Positions 9,423 to 19,622 of a stretch of 64,000 nt of DNA are shown piece by piece; within the stretch, counting starts at the first letter, position 1; each line of letters begins with the position of its first letter. Position numbers and translations under genes: made by a program. Below the pieces are notes generated by a model. The model did no database searches, was not told the origin of the DNA, and saw only the letters and a list, made by a program, of their open reading frames with translations. Source of the stretch: an uncultured bacterium (GTDB taxonomy: Bacteria > Hydrogenedentota > Hydrogenedentia > Hydrogenedentales > JAEUWI01); NCBI GenBank assembly GCA_963977445.1, contig CAXBPH010000003.1:6529-70528 (forward strand), given 5' to 3'.

Positions 9423-12356
9423 TCAGCAGGCGGCGGCGCAGTCCTTTTTCACCTGTCCGATGGCACCGGCCAATTCTTCGGCAGGGGGCAGGTGCAGATA
9501 GACAAAGCCGTCGTTAACTTTTACGTCAAAGGTCGCCACCCGAAGGTTGTCGCCTGAGACGCAAGAGCCGTCTTCGAGAGAGAACTGTTTCTTATGCATG
9601 GGGCAGGCCACCTTCGGCACGCCCTCGTCGTCACCGAGTAATCCACGGGCAAGAACCATGTCTTGCTTGTGGGGACACATATTCTGGGTGGCATACCATT
9701 TATCTTCTTCGCCATAACGAAATACGGCTAACTGCACCCCGCCGTAGCTGACCGCCATGCCCCCCTCTTCCGGGAAGGTACCCACACGTCCGGCTTTCCA
9801 CCAGGACTGGGTCGACCATTCAAAGCCATCGGACGATTTCGCCACAACAGGCCAGTCCACGGGACGTTTCTGGTCGCGCTCTTCCACGTAGCCGATGGTG
9901 GGGTCAGCCTCATCAACGTTGGCAAAGTGCCGGAACAAGGCCCGTTTTTCTGGGTTATTCACCACTTCAGCCCATTCGCACTGGTAGGTATCCACCAGTC
10001 GGGCCATGTCGGCCTCCAGCACTTCGCACAATCCGAGCACATCGCCAATAACGACGTCTTTCAGATGGGCGACGCCACCTTCCAACTTTTCCAACCAGAC
10101 AGAAGTTCGCTGAAGGGGGTCGGCCGTCTGAATGTAATACATGAGAAAGCGGTCGATGTATTTAATGGCCGTTTCCGTGTCGATTTCCGAGGCAAACAAG
10201 TCGGCATGACGGGGTTTGGTACCGCCATTACCGCAGAGGTAAAGATTCCAGCCTTTGTCGGTGGCAATCAGGCCCACATCCTTGCACTGGGCCTCGGCAC
10301 ACTCTCGGACGCAGCCGGACACGGCAAACTTGAGCTTGTGGGGCGAGCGAATGCCGCGATAGCGCTCTTCGATCTCGACAGCGAAGGCGGTGGAGTCCTG
10401 GACGCCATACCGGCACCAGGTCTGGCCTACGCAACTCTTTACGGTACGCACCGACTTACCATAGGCATGACCACTTTCGAAGCCCGCCTCGATGAGCTCT
10501 TCCCAAATGTCAGGAAGCTGCTCCACCCGGGCTCCGAGGAGGTCTACACGCTGGCCGCCGGTAATCTTACAGTAGAGATCATATTTCTTTGCCACCTTAC
10601 CGATGACGATGAGTTTATCGGGGGTTATTTCCCCACCGGGAACGCGGGGTACGACCGAGTAGGTACCCCCTCGTTGGATATTGGCAAGATAACGATCATT
10701 GGTATCCTGAATGGTGGCGTGCTTCACAATGTGGTCATTCCAAAGACTCGCCAGGATGGAGGCCACCACGGGCTTGCAGACTTCGCAGCCCTCGCCGCCG
10801 GTGCCACACCCGGCGAGAATCATCCGAAAGTTTGTGAGCTTCTTCACCTTGACGCTATGGAACAATTCCTGACGACTCATGGGAAAATGGGAGCAGACTA
10901 CCTTCTTCACCACCACACCGGCCCGCTTGAACTCCTCGGCCATAATATCTTTCACCAGGGGAATGCAGCCACCGCAGCCCGTACCAGCGCAGGTAGCACT
11001 CTGCACATCGCCCAAATCACTGAGTTTGTGTTTCCGGATGGCGGTGCAAATTGCCCCTTTACTCACATTATTACAGGAGCAAACCTGGGCGTCATCGGGC
11101 AGAGATGCGGCGCCAGCAGCGCCGTCTCCCCCACTCCCCAGGAGCAGGGTCTTGGGTTCTCCCACAATGCCGTCGAGGCTTCGATAGGTGTGCAGCAATT
11201 TGGCGTAGTCGGAAGTATCCCCCACCAGAATGCCCCCAAGAATCTGGCGGCGGTCCTCGGAGAGAATTATTTTCTTATACACGCCACTGACCGTATCCTT
11301 CACCACCACCGTGTCACTCTTCGGGCCCTCCGTATCAATCGATCCCAGGCTCGCCACTTCCACACCCATCAACTTCAACTTGGTGGACATGTCCGCGCCG
11401 GTAAAGTGGGCCTCATGTCCCATGAGGTTTTCCGCCAGGGTGTCGGCCATCTGGTAACCCGGGCCCACCAAGCCGTAGATCATGCCACCGTGCAGGGCCA
11501 ACTCGCCGATAGCAAAAACGTTGGGATCATTGGTCTGCATCGTATCGTCCACGATGACACCACCCCGTTCGCCTACGGCCAATCCAGACTCCCGGGCCAG
11601 TTCATCCCGTGGTCGGATACCAGCAGAAATGATGAGCATGTCCGTGTCGAGTAAGACATCGTCCATAAAGGTGAGGCCCGTAATCGCGCCGTTCCCTTCG
11701 ATTCGTTTCGTTTGATGCTGAAGCAACACCTTCACGCCGAGGGCTTCAATTTCCCGAACCAACAACTTGGAACCTTCGTCGTCGAGCTGACGGGGCATGA
11801 GTCGCGGGGCGAACTCCACCACGTGTACATCCAACCCCAGGTCGACTACCGCCTTGGCCGCTTCCAGTCCCAAAAGTCCGCCACCAATTACGGTGGCCGT
11901 CTTCGAGTTTTTCGCATAGGCTCTTATGGCATCAAGGTCTTCAATGGTTCGATAGACGAATACGCCTTTTTTATCGACCCCGGCAATGGGCGGCACAAAA
12001 GGTGCCGAGCCCGTAGCAAGTACAAGATAGTCGTAGTGCTCGATGTCACCATCATCGGTAACGATGGTATGGGATTCCCGATCAATCGAAGCCACCCGCT
12101 GACTCGTGTGGAGGGTAACGTCGTTGGCTTCATACCACCCGAGACCATCCAACGTAAGATCTTCGATGGTGTTCGTTCCGAAGTAACTGGTGAGCTGGAC
12201 ACGGTCATAGGCCGGCCGAGGCTCTTCGCCATAAACGACAATATCGTAGTGACTCTTGCCATCGAGTTCTCGGAGTTTTTTGCAGAAACGATGCCCAACC
12301 ATTCCGTTCCCCACCACCACAACTTTCTTTCGAATTATTTCTACGGTTGCTGACAT
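9423..12356 (-). CDS. nirB: Assimilatory NAD(P)H-nitrite reductase, large subunit fused to a C-terminal NirD Rieske domain (NirBD fusion)
   Basis: N-terminal VVVVGNGMVGHRF FAD/NAD fold, BFD-like and nitrite/sulfite reductase siroheme-[4Fe-4S] regions, and a C-terminal CPHKQ...CPMH Rieske-type NirD domain. ORF track starts at 12434; I prefer the ATG at 12356 (MSATVEII). Confidence 0.85.
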   Translation of the reverse strand: MSATVEIIRKKVVVVGNGMVGHRFCKKLRELDGKSHYDIVVYGEEPRPAYDRVQLTSYFGTNTIEDLTLDGLGWYEANDVTLHTSQRVASIDRESHTIVTDDGDIEHYDYLVLATGSAPFVPPIAGVDKKGVFVYRTIEDLDAIRAYAKNSKTATVIGGGLLGLEAAKAVVDLGLDVHVVEFAPRLMPRQLDDEGSKLLVREIEALGVKVLLQHQTKRIEGNGAITGLTFMDDVLLDTDMLIISAGIRPRDELARESGLAVGERGGVIVDDTMQTNDPNVFAIGELALHGGMIYGLVGPGYQMADTLAENLMGHEAHFTGADMSTKLKLMGVEVASLGSIDTEGPKSDTVVVKDTVSGVYKKIILSEDRRQILGGILVGDTSDYAKLLHTYRSLDGIVGEPKTLLLGSGGDGAAGAASLPDDAQVCSCNNVSKGAICTAIRKHKLSDLGDVQSATCAGTGCGGCIPLVKDIMAEEFKRAGVVVKKVVCSHFPMSRQELFHSVKVKKLTNFRMILAGCGTGGEGCEVCKPVVASILASLWNDHIVKHATIQDTNDRYLANIQRGGTYSVVPRVPGGEITPDKLIVIGKVAKKYDLYCKITGGQRVDLLGARVEQLPDIWEELIEAGFESGHAYGKSVRTVKSCVGQTWCRYGVQDSTAFAVEIEERYRGIRSPHKLKFAVSGCVRECAEAQCKDVGLIATDKGWNLYLCGNGGTKPRHADLFASEIDTETAIKYIDRFLMYYIQTADPLQRTSVWLEKLEGGVAHLKDVVIGDVLGLCEVLEADMARLVDTYQCEWAEVVNNPEKRALFRHFANVDEADPTIGYVEERDQKRPVDWPVVAKSSDGFEWSTQSWWKAGRVGTFPEEGGMAVSYGGVQLAVFRYGEEDKWYATQNMCPHKQDMVLARGLLGDDEGVPKVACPMHKKQFSLEDGSCVSGDNLRVATFDVKVNDGFVYLHLPPAEELAGAIGQVKKDCAAAC

Positions 12357-12828
12357 GGTTTGAAGTTTTCCCGCCCAAGCGACTATGGAAAACACCGCAT
12401 TTCGCCTAAGAAAGCGTTTCGGTGATTTACCCATTCAGGAGATCTTCCGACATTTCCGTCATATCGGGATTTGATCGAGAAATGCAATTCTCGTGCCAAT
12501 GAGGCCACACGATTCCGGTTTGAGCTGTTTTCCTGGCTCTCGGAATGGGGCAGTTTGAAAACAATCCACATAAACTAAGGCGTTTACGCACAAAATATGC
12601 CAGTTCGCGCCCACCGGGCTTCCTGTCGAAGTCACTTCCTCTTGTATTTTGCAATGCTGCGGCCACCGCTAGCCGCCCAGTATCGTCGACAAAAAAACTA
12701 CATTTCCGTAGGCATAACTCAAAACCATAACCAATAGGTACTTTTAAAATCCCCCCACCTCAACGACAAGCAGCATGTGCCAGGAATACAAACTACGTGG
12801 TCCATTGTACGCAATCAAGTAACTTTTT

Positions 12829-12844
12829 ACGTATCTAGATACGT
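12829..12844. promoter_or_regulatory. Perfect 16-bp palindrome ACGTATCTAGATACGT in the divergent nirBD/narK promoter region
   Basis: Seen directly. It sits in the AT-rich 630-bp intergenic region between the nitrite reductase and the nitrate transporter. Confidence 0.3.
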
Positions 12845-13062
12845 GCTTCTACCCATATCAATAAAGAATATCACCCAATAAAACAAGCAATTTTCATGCA
12901 GATTATGCGCCCACCTTTCCGGTAGAAACCGTCGACCGATGACGACAATCGCTATCCGTTACCGGGGCGTCAAGGGGCATCCGGGGACCTATTACGCCTT
13001 TGGCACAGATTTCGCGTTCATAGAGAAAATTTCCTGGCCTCCCTTACTGAAAGGAATCCTCT

Positions 13063-14409
13063 GTGGATATCAAGCACAAAGCTACCCGGATCGAACTATT
13101 TAACTTTAGAACGGTCCAGATGCGAGCCTTCCATATGTCGTGGTTTGCTTTCTTTCTTTGCTTTTTTGCCTGGTTCGGCATTGCTCCCATGATGGTTATC
13201 GTGCGAGACGAATTGTCCCTCACGAAGGCACAGATCGGAAACACGATCATCGCGTCGGTCGCCATCACCATCATTGCGCGCCTGTTTATCGGGTGGCTCT
13301 GTGATCGCATCGGCCCCCGTTTAACCTACACGTGGTTACTCGTTTTCGCGTCGATTCCAGTTATGGGTATCGGGCTGGCCCAGAGTTACGAAACCTTTCT
13401 TCTCTTTCGTCTGGGAATTGGTGCCATCGGTGCCTCATTCGTTATTACCCAATACCACACATCCGTCATGTTTGCACCCAACTGTGTGGGAACGGCCAAT
13501 GCCACCACGGCCGGCTGGGGCAATCTTGGCGGTGGTGTTACGCAGATGGTCATGCCCCTGCTTTTCAGCACCCTGCTGGTCATCGGCCTGAGTGAATTCT
13601 GGGCGTGGCGAACGGCCATGGTTATCGCTGGCGTAGTTTGCATGCTTACGGGTGTCGCCTATTATTTTGTTACGCAGGATACGCCGGACGGCAACTTCAA
13701 GGACCTCCGTGAACGGGGCCTGATGAGCTCGGCGAAGGACAACAAAGGTGCCTTTCTGGAGGCGGCGAAAGACTATCGCGTCTGGGCTTTGTTTTTTGTC
13801 TATGGCGCGTGTTTCGGCGTAGAACTCACCATCAACAACGTCATCGCCCTCTACTACACGGATTACTTCGGCATGGGTATGAAGGCCGCCGGTGCGTTGG
13901 CTGCCTGCTTCGGTCTCATGAACTTATTTGCCCGCACCCTGGGTGGCTTCTTTGGCGACAAACTTGGCATCAAGTATGGCCTGAAAGGACGGGTCCACTG
14001 GCTCACCGTCGCCCTCTTCATCGAAGGTCTTGCCCTCATGCTCTTCTCGCAGATGACCTTCCTCCCCCTGGCCCTGGGCACCATGATCATTTTCAGCCTC
14101 TTCGTGCAGATGTCGGAAGGCGCAACCTTCTCAGTCGTTCCCTTCATCAACAAACGGGCCCTTGGCGCGGTAGCCGGCATTGTCGGTGCCGGTGGAAACT
14201 TTGGTGCCGTATGCGCGGGCTTCCTCTTCAAGTCCGGTGCCATCACCTGGCCCCAGGCGCTACTTATTCTGGGCGTCATGGTAACCCTCTGTTCTGGGCT
14301 TACCGTGTTCGTCCGTTTCAGCGAAGCCGACGAACGGGCTGCCGAAGCCGCAAATGAACTCGCTCGGGACATGGAAGACGGGGCTGTTGCGGAACCCGCA
14401 TCCGCCTAG
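13063..14409 (+). CDS. narK: Nitrate/nitrite transporter (MFS, NNP family NarK/NrtP)
   Basis: GWGNLGGG NNP signature and 12-TM hydrophobicity. The N-terminus RAFHMSWFAFFLCFFAWF resembles NrtP. GTG start with AAAGGA RBS. Confidence 0.85.
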   Translation: MDIKHKATRIELFNFRTVQMRAFHMSWFAFFLCFFAWFGIAPMMVIVRDELSLTKAQIGNTIIASVAITIIARLFIGWLCDRIGPRLTYTWLLVFASIPVMGIGLAQSYETFLLFRLGIGAIGASFVITQYHTSVMFAPNCVGTANATTAGWGNLGGGVTQMVMPLLFSTLLVIGLSEFWAWRTAMVIAGVVCMLTGVAYYFVTQDTPDGNFKDLRERGLMSSAKDNKGAFLEAAKDYRVWALFFVYGACFGVELTINNVIALYYTDYFGMGMKAAGALAACFGLMNLFARTLGGFFGDKLGIKYGLKGRVHWLTVALFIEGLALMLFSQMTFLPLALGTMIIFSLFVQMSEGATFSVVPFINKRALGAVAGIVGAGGNFGAVCAGFLFKSGAITWPQALLILGVMVTLCSGLTVFVRFSEADERAAEAANELARDMEDGAVAEPASA

Positions 14410-14540
14410 ACATTGTGTTTTCCTGAAATGGGTTAACACCAGTAAAAGACCTCTTAATGTCGGGACGGATGGCAGCCAACGTGGCTACCATCCGTTGCGA
14501 CGTTAAACTCAAGCGCGACGAATGCGAAAAGAGTTACATT

Positions 14541-17500
14541 ATGGCACCCTCTGCAAAAGAAGCTATTAAGACCACATGTTCCTACTGTGGTGTGGGTTGC
14601 GGCATGGAGGTTACGCAGGATCACCTCGGACGGCTGAATCTCGAAGGCGATCCGTCCCACCCCGTCAGTCGCGGCATGCTCTGCACCAAAGGGCGCACCC
14701 TGCACCATGTTGTGCAGAATCAGCAGGACCGGTTGCTCCATCCCATGATGCGGCGTAGTCGCGCCCATCCGCTGGAACAGGTCAGCTGGGATGCTGCCCT
14801 GGAACGGGCCGCTGGTGTCTTTCGCTCTATCCTCAATCGTTTCGGGCCGGAATCGGTAGGGTTTTATGTGTCCGGACAGTGCCTTACGGAAGAATATTAT
14901 ATCGCCAACAAGCTGATGAAAGGGTTTATCGGCAGCAACAACATCGACACCAATTCACGACTCTGTATGAGTTCTGCCGTGGTCGGCTACAAGCTCTCAC
15001 TGGGCGACGATGCCTGTCCCATCAGTTATGAAGACATCGAGCTGGGCTCCTGCTTCCTCATCGCCGGTGCCAATCCGGCCTGGTGCCATCCCATTCTTTT
15101 TCGGCGCCTTGAACAACACAAGGAAGCCAATCCCGACACCAAAATCATTGTGGTGGACCCCCGGCGTACCCAGACCTGCGCCCAGGCGGATTTACATCTT
15201 CAAATTAAGCCCGGCACCGACGTGGTCGTATTCAATGCCATCGCCCGAGAACTCCACGAGCACGGCCATTGGGATGACGCCTTCATTCGGGATCACTGCA
15301 ATGGTGTCGAATCGCTGATCGATGCCGCCTACGCCATGACCGTTGCCGAGGCCGCCGAAGTCTGTGCCGTCCCAGCCGACGACATCCGGGCGGCAGCGCG
15401 ACTCATTGGGGAGAGCAACGCCTTTCAATCCTGGTGGGCCATGGGACTCAACCAATGCAGCAACGGCGTGGACAAAAATATCGCCCTCCTCAACCTGTCT
15501 CTGGTAACGGGCCAAATCGGAAAACCCGGTGCAGGTCCCTTCTCCCTCACGGGACAACCCAATGCCATGGGCGGCCGGGAAGTGGGTGGGCTATCCAACC
15601 TACTGGCAGCCCACCGGGATCTGGCCGATCCGAAAGAGCGCGCCTTTGTGCAAAACCATTGGGATTCGGGCCCCATCGCCGCAAAGCCGGGCCTGACGGC
15701 GACGGAAATGTTTGCCGCGCTCGAGTCGGGCACCATGAAGGCCATTTGGGTCATCTGCACCAATCCGGCCGTTTCCATGCCCAACTTGAGTCAAATCGAG
15801 CGGGCCCTGAAGAAGGCGCGCTTCGTCGTGGTCCAGGATATTTCCTCCCTGTCGGACACCGTTGAATACGCGGATCTGGTGTTGCCTGCTGCGGGCTGGC
15901 TCGAAAAACAGGGGACCATGACCAATTCGGAGCGTCGGGTGACCCACCTGCCCAAGTTACTGACACCGCCGGGTGAGGCCTTGCCGGATGTCGATATCTT
16001 GTGTCGATTCGCAAAGAAAATGGGCTGGTCGAAGCAGTTCACCTATGGCAGCGAAAGCGACATCTTTGATGAGCACTGCGCCCTGACCCGGGGCACCAAT
16101 ATCGACATGAGCGGTATGTCCTATGACCGCCTTAAAGCCGCTGGCAGCCTGCAATGGCCTTGTCCGACTGCAGACCACCCTGGCACCCCACGCCTCTTCA
16201 GCGACAAACGTTTTTTCACACCGGACCAACGGGCCGCGCTCCACGGTATTCTCCACGAGCCACGGTCGGAGGCCTTGAGTGAGGCCTACCCGATTGTGCT
16301 GACTACCGGTCGTATTCGTGATCAGTGGCATACCATGACGCGCACGGGCAAGGTGGCCAAGCTGCGGCAGCACCTGGACACGCCTTTCGTAGAAATTCAT
16401 CCCGACGATGCGCAGGCCCAATCCATCGCGGAAGGGGACACGGTCACGATTTATAATGACCGCGGTGCCGTGCGTGCACGCGCCCATATTTCCGACGCCA
16501 TCAAACAGGGCGTTGTCTTCCTGCCCATGCATTGGGGCAAGTCTCTCCAACGGGGCGCGGCCCGCGCCAATCTCGTGACGAGCACCCACGTGGATCCCAA
16601 ATCGAAAGAGCCCGACTTCAAGTTTGCTGCGGTGGCTCTGAGCAAGGCACCGGCGACCCGACTGCAAATCCTGATTGTGGGTGGTGGCACGGCGGCCCTG
16701 GCCTTTGTGCAGGAATACCGAAAACTGAACAACGACGATGAGCTCATTGTCTTTGGGAAAGAGGGCCACGGATTTTATAATCGCATACTTCTGCCCGACC
16801 TTATTGGCGGCGAGTGTACGTGGGATTCCATGCAGACCGCATCGGCGGAACGCCTCGCCCTGGATCGTATTCATTTTCACCCCGGCGTGCGAATCGATTC
16901 CATCAACCGGGACAAGCGGCTTATTATCGACAACACCGGTGCGTCTCATCCCTACGACCGTCTGGTCCTGGCAACGGGCAGCAGCCCCAGTCTACCCCCA
17001 GAAGCCCCCCGCAAATTGGATGGGGTCTTCACGCTACGCACGAAGAGTGATGCCGATAAGGTAATGGACCACGTCAAACCGGAACACCGGTGTATCGTTG
17101 TAGGGGGTGGGCTGCTCGGCCTCGAGCTGGTTGCAGCCCTTCGTCAGCGAGGTGCCTCCTGCCACCTCATCCACCGTTCCTCCCAGTTGATGGGCCGCCA
17201 ATTGGATGGCATGGCCGCGCAACTCCTCGCCGAAGAGCTCGCGGAACGTGGTATTACGTTGCACCTGAACGAATCGATTGCCTCCGTACACGGTCAACGT
17301 CACGTAGAGGGATTGCGCACGCGCAACGGCCACTATCTGCCCTGCGACGCCTTATTTTTCGCCACGGGCACGACACCCAATATAACCCTCGCCCGGCAGG
17401 CCAGTCTCCCCTGCGGCCACGGGGTGCATGTAGACGACACGATGGGCACGGTAGACCCCCATATATTTGCCATCGGAGAAATCGCGGAACACCGGCATCG

Positions 17501-18062
17501 CTGTTACGGCACCACCCCTGCCGCACAAGAACAGGCCCGGGTCGCGGCTGCCCAGATTTCCGGCGATCCGTGGACGCATTACGAAGGCAATATCCCTTTC
17601 AATGTATTGAAATTGAGCGGCCTGGCCCTGTGCAGTATGGGCCAGATCGAAGTAAAACGCGAGGATGGAAACTTTGAGGAGATTACCCTCCTCGACCGGG
17701 CAGAGCGGTATTACCAGAAGTGTATTGTCTATAAGAACCGTTTGGTGGGTGCCCTGCTATTTGGTGATATGAGTCAGATGGCCACCCTGAAAGATCTCAT
17801 TGCAACGGGCATCGAGCTAGATGACCGACGGCGGGAATTGCTCCGCGCGGGAAGCGCGACGACCCAGGTGCCTTTACAGGGGGCCTTGGTGTGCAGTTGC
17901 AACCAGGTGGGCAGGGGCAATTTGGAAGGTGCCCTCGCATCGGGATGCAGCAGCGTCGAGGAACTCTGTAATGCCACCGGAGCCGGACTTGGGTGTGGCA
18001 GCTGCAAACCGGAGGTGAGTGCCCTGTTTGAAGAACACAGCGCCGTAGTCACGGCAGGATAG
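14541..18062 (+). CDS. nasA: Assimilatory nitrate reductase: molybdopterin catalytic module (NasA-like) fused to a C-terminal FAD/NAD(P)H oxidoreductase plus BFD-like [2Fe-2S] module
   Basis: N-terminal CSYCGVGCG...C [4Fe-4S] motif of molybdopterin oxidoreductases. After ~aa 700 there is LQILIVGGGTAALAFV (Rossmann), then C-terminal CSCNQVG...CGSCKPEV BFD-like cysteines. ORF track starts at 14457; an ATG at 14541 gives MAPSAKEAIKTTCSYC. Confidence 0.85.
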   Translation: MAPSAKEAIKTTCSYCGVGCGMEVTQDHLGRLNLEGDPSHPVSRGMLCTKGRTLHHVVQNQQDRLLHPMMRRSRAHPLEQVSWDAALERAAGVFRSILNRFGPESVGFYVSGQCLTEEYYIANKLMKGFIGSNNIDTNSRLCMSSAVVGYKLSLGDDACPISYEDIELGSCFLIAGANPAWCHPILFRRLEQHKEANPDTKIIVVDPRRTQTCAQADLHLQIKPGTDVVVFNAIARELHEHGHWDDAFIRDHCNGVESLIDAAYAMTVAEAAEVCAVPADDIRAAARLIGESNAFQSWWAMGLNQCSNGVDKNIALLNLSLVTGQIGKPGAGPFSLTGQPNAMGGREVGGLSNLLAAHRDLADPKERAFVQNHWDSGPIAAKPGLTATEMFAALESGTMKAIWVICTNPAVSMPNLSQIERALKKARFVVVQDISSLSDTVEYADLVLPAAGWLEKQGTMTNSERRVTHLPKLLTPPGEALPDVDILCRFAKKMGWSKQFTYGSESDIFDEHCALTRGTNIDMSGMSYDRLKAAGSLQWPCPTADHPGTPRLFSDKRFFTPDQRAALHGILHEPRSEALSEAYPIVLTTGRIRDQWHTMTRTGKVAKLRQHLDTPFVEIHPDDAQAQSIAEGDTVTIYNDRGAVRARAHISDAIKQGVVFLPMHWGKSLQRGAARANLVTSTHVDPKSKEPDFKFAAVALSKAPATRLQILIVGGGTAALAFVQEYRKLNNDDELIVFGKEGHGFYNRILLPDLIGGECTWDSMQTASAERLALDRIHFHPGVRIDSINRDKRLIIDNTGASHPYDRLVLATGSSPSLPPEAPRKLDGVFTLRTKSDADKVMDHVKPEHRCIVVGGGLLGLELVAALRQRGASCHLIHRSSQLMGRQLDGMAAQLLAEELAERGITLHLNESIASVHGQRHVEGLRTRNGHYLPCDALFFATGTTPNITLARQASLPCGHGVHVDDTMGTVDPHIFAIGEIAEHRHRCYGTTPAAQEQARVAAAQISGDPWTHYEGNIPFNVLKLSGLALCSMGQIEVKREDGNFEEITLLDRAERYYQKCIVYKNRLVGALLFGDMSQMATLKDLIATGIELDDRRRELLRAGSATTQVPLQGALVCSCNQVGRGNLEGALASGCSSVEELCNATGAGLGCGSCKPEVSALFEEHSAVVTAG

Positions 18063-19513
18063 TGAAAATGGCCAAGCGAAATGCAAGCATGATTTATCAA
18101 TCCCAAGGCGGTCGGATAAGTTTTGGGCTCCTTCGGGAACTGGCCGAGTGCGCCTTGGTTCATGGTGCAGGAACCGTAGCGCTCGGAGGGCGACAGGAGA
18201 TCATATTAAATGGGATAGTTCCCGATGCCCATCGACATGTGCGCCACATTATTGGTTCCCGTCTCGCCGAACACCAACCCCGACGGCCCAATATTGTTAC
18301 CACCCGCGCCGTCTGCGCCCGCGCCCACCGCACGGGTTGGTTGAGTGAAGGAAGCTACGACACCGTTCTCGAAAAATTTCGTAGTGCCCCATTACTGGCC
18401 ATTGATATTGTAGACCCCCAGCAAGACTATGTCCCGTTGTTTTGTGGTGATGTACATTTTCTGGCCACCCCGGAGCCCGACTTCTGGATGGTCTACCTGA
18501 ACGAGGGTAACCAGCCCAATCGGGTTTCCATTTCCCGCCCCATTCACAGTGCGGATATTGCTGATGTTGTATCGCTCATTCAGGAAATACACGTCGAACA
18601 CAATGATTTTAACTTGCCCCTCTTGCAAACCCGACTCGAGGAGCGTTTTGGCGACCGGCTCAAAGCCCATGACGTGGCCACGCCCCCCTTTCCCACGCAG
18701 ACGCGACCGCTGGTTGGATTTGTGCTTGACCCGAAGAACGATACCTACTCGCTCGGTATCTCCGTGCAACTGCGTTCCCTCTCGAGCGCCTTCCTCGTCG
18801 ACCTAAGCCTGCTCGCCGATCGATTTGGACTTGCGACTGCCCACATCAGCACCTGGAAAAGCCTCTTGCTCCACGGCATTCCGCGGACGGAGCGTATCGC
18901 CTTTGAAAAGTTGCTCCTTCGCCATCGAATCGATCTCTTCCCCGGTGCGTGGAGCCAGGTGTGTGTCAACCAATGGGCCCATAGCGCCCTGGCACCCTAT
19001 GCCCGCAAGCTCATCGGTACGTTGAATGAAACAATACCCCACGTCGGCTCCCTGGGCATCTCTCTGGTAACGGCGGATAAACGTGCCTTTCCCGACACCC
19101 CCATAATCGTCCACGCCGAGCCCGCCCGAGGTGCCTTGTCATTTTTACGGCCACGCTATCGCTTTTCCCTCTTTGGGCGGGAGGACTTCGGACGGCACAG
19201 CCCGACACTCCTGTCCTATGGTCGCAACATCACGGCATCAGCCCTTGCCGAACAGGTCATCGCGTTGATCGACCGGTACAGCGAGTCAGAAGGTGCCTAC
19301 AGGAGTACAGCGGGTAACAGGAAGCGTCCAACGCGCACCCTCCATGCCCACCGTTGCGTATCCTGTGGCACCGAGTACAGCGAGCTTTATGGTGACCCCA
19401 TAAGCAACGTGAGCGCGGGTACGCCCTTTATCGAATTACCCGACGCCTGGTGTTGCCCCACCTGTGAAGCCCCCCGGAGCGCCTTCGCCGCAAGCGTCCG
19501 GGAGGTCGCCTGA
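18062..19513 (+). CDS. Nitrite/sulfite-reductase ferredoxin-like half-domain repeat protein lacking the siroheme cysteine cluster, with a C-terminal rubredoxin-type Cys4 domain
   Basis: GRQEIILNGI and STWKSLLLHGIP resemble the R-x-T-x-RQ-x-L-x-L-G NIR_SIR_ferr signature. The C-terminus CVSCG...CCPTCE is a rubredoxin-like knuckle pair. Its start overlaps the nasA stop. Confidence 0.5.
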   Translation: MKMAKRNASMIYQSQGGRISFGLLRELAECALVHGAGTVALGGRQEIILNGIVPDAHRHVRHIIGSRLAEHQPRRPNIVTTRAVCARAHRTGWLSEGSYDTVLEKFRSAPLLAIDIVDPQQDYVPLFCGDVHFLATPEPDFWMVYLNEGNQPNRVSISRPIHSADIADVVSLIQEIHVEHNDFNLPLLQTRLEERFGDRLKAHDVATPPFPTQTRPLVGFVLDPKNDTYSLGISVQLRSLSSAFLVDLSLLADRFGLATAHISTWKSLLLHGIPRTERIAFEKLLLRHRIDLFPGAWSQVCVNQWAHSALAPYARKLIGTLNETIPHVGSLGISLVTADKRAFPDTPIIVHAEPARGALSFLRPRYRFSLFGREDFGRHSPTLLSYGRNITASALAEQVIALIDRYSESEGAYRSTAGNRKRPTRTLHAHRCVSCGTEYSELYGDPISNVSAGTPFIELPDAWCCPTCEAPRSAFAASVREVA

Positions 19514-19622
19514 AAGGCCACGGAAACGGCACTCACGTTCACCAACAGAGGCCCATTGGGCTCGCAGGATACACGTGACATATCCTTGTGCCTTTATCTT
19601 ATTCCTGGATTCTGATCGCCCC

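Noticed and set aside
9927-11654. 575-aa plus-strand ORF
   Set aside because: Antisense to nirBD. It has no recognisable motifs.
12435-13062. Small ORFs (12383..12571, 12427..12666, 12545..12730) in the nirBD/narK control region
   Set aside because: Short, overlapping and AT-rich. The region is better explained as a divergent promoter.
15957-16949. 330-aa minus-strand ORF (and the other ORFs at 15192..16014)
   Set aside because: Antisense shadow frames within the nitrate reductase gene.
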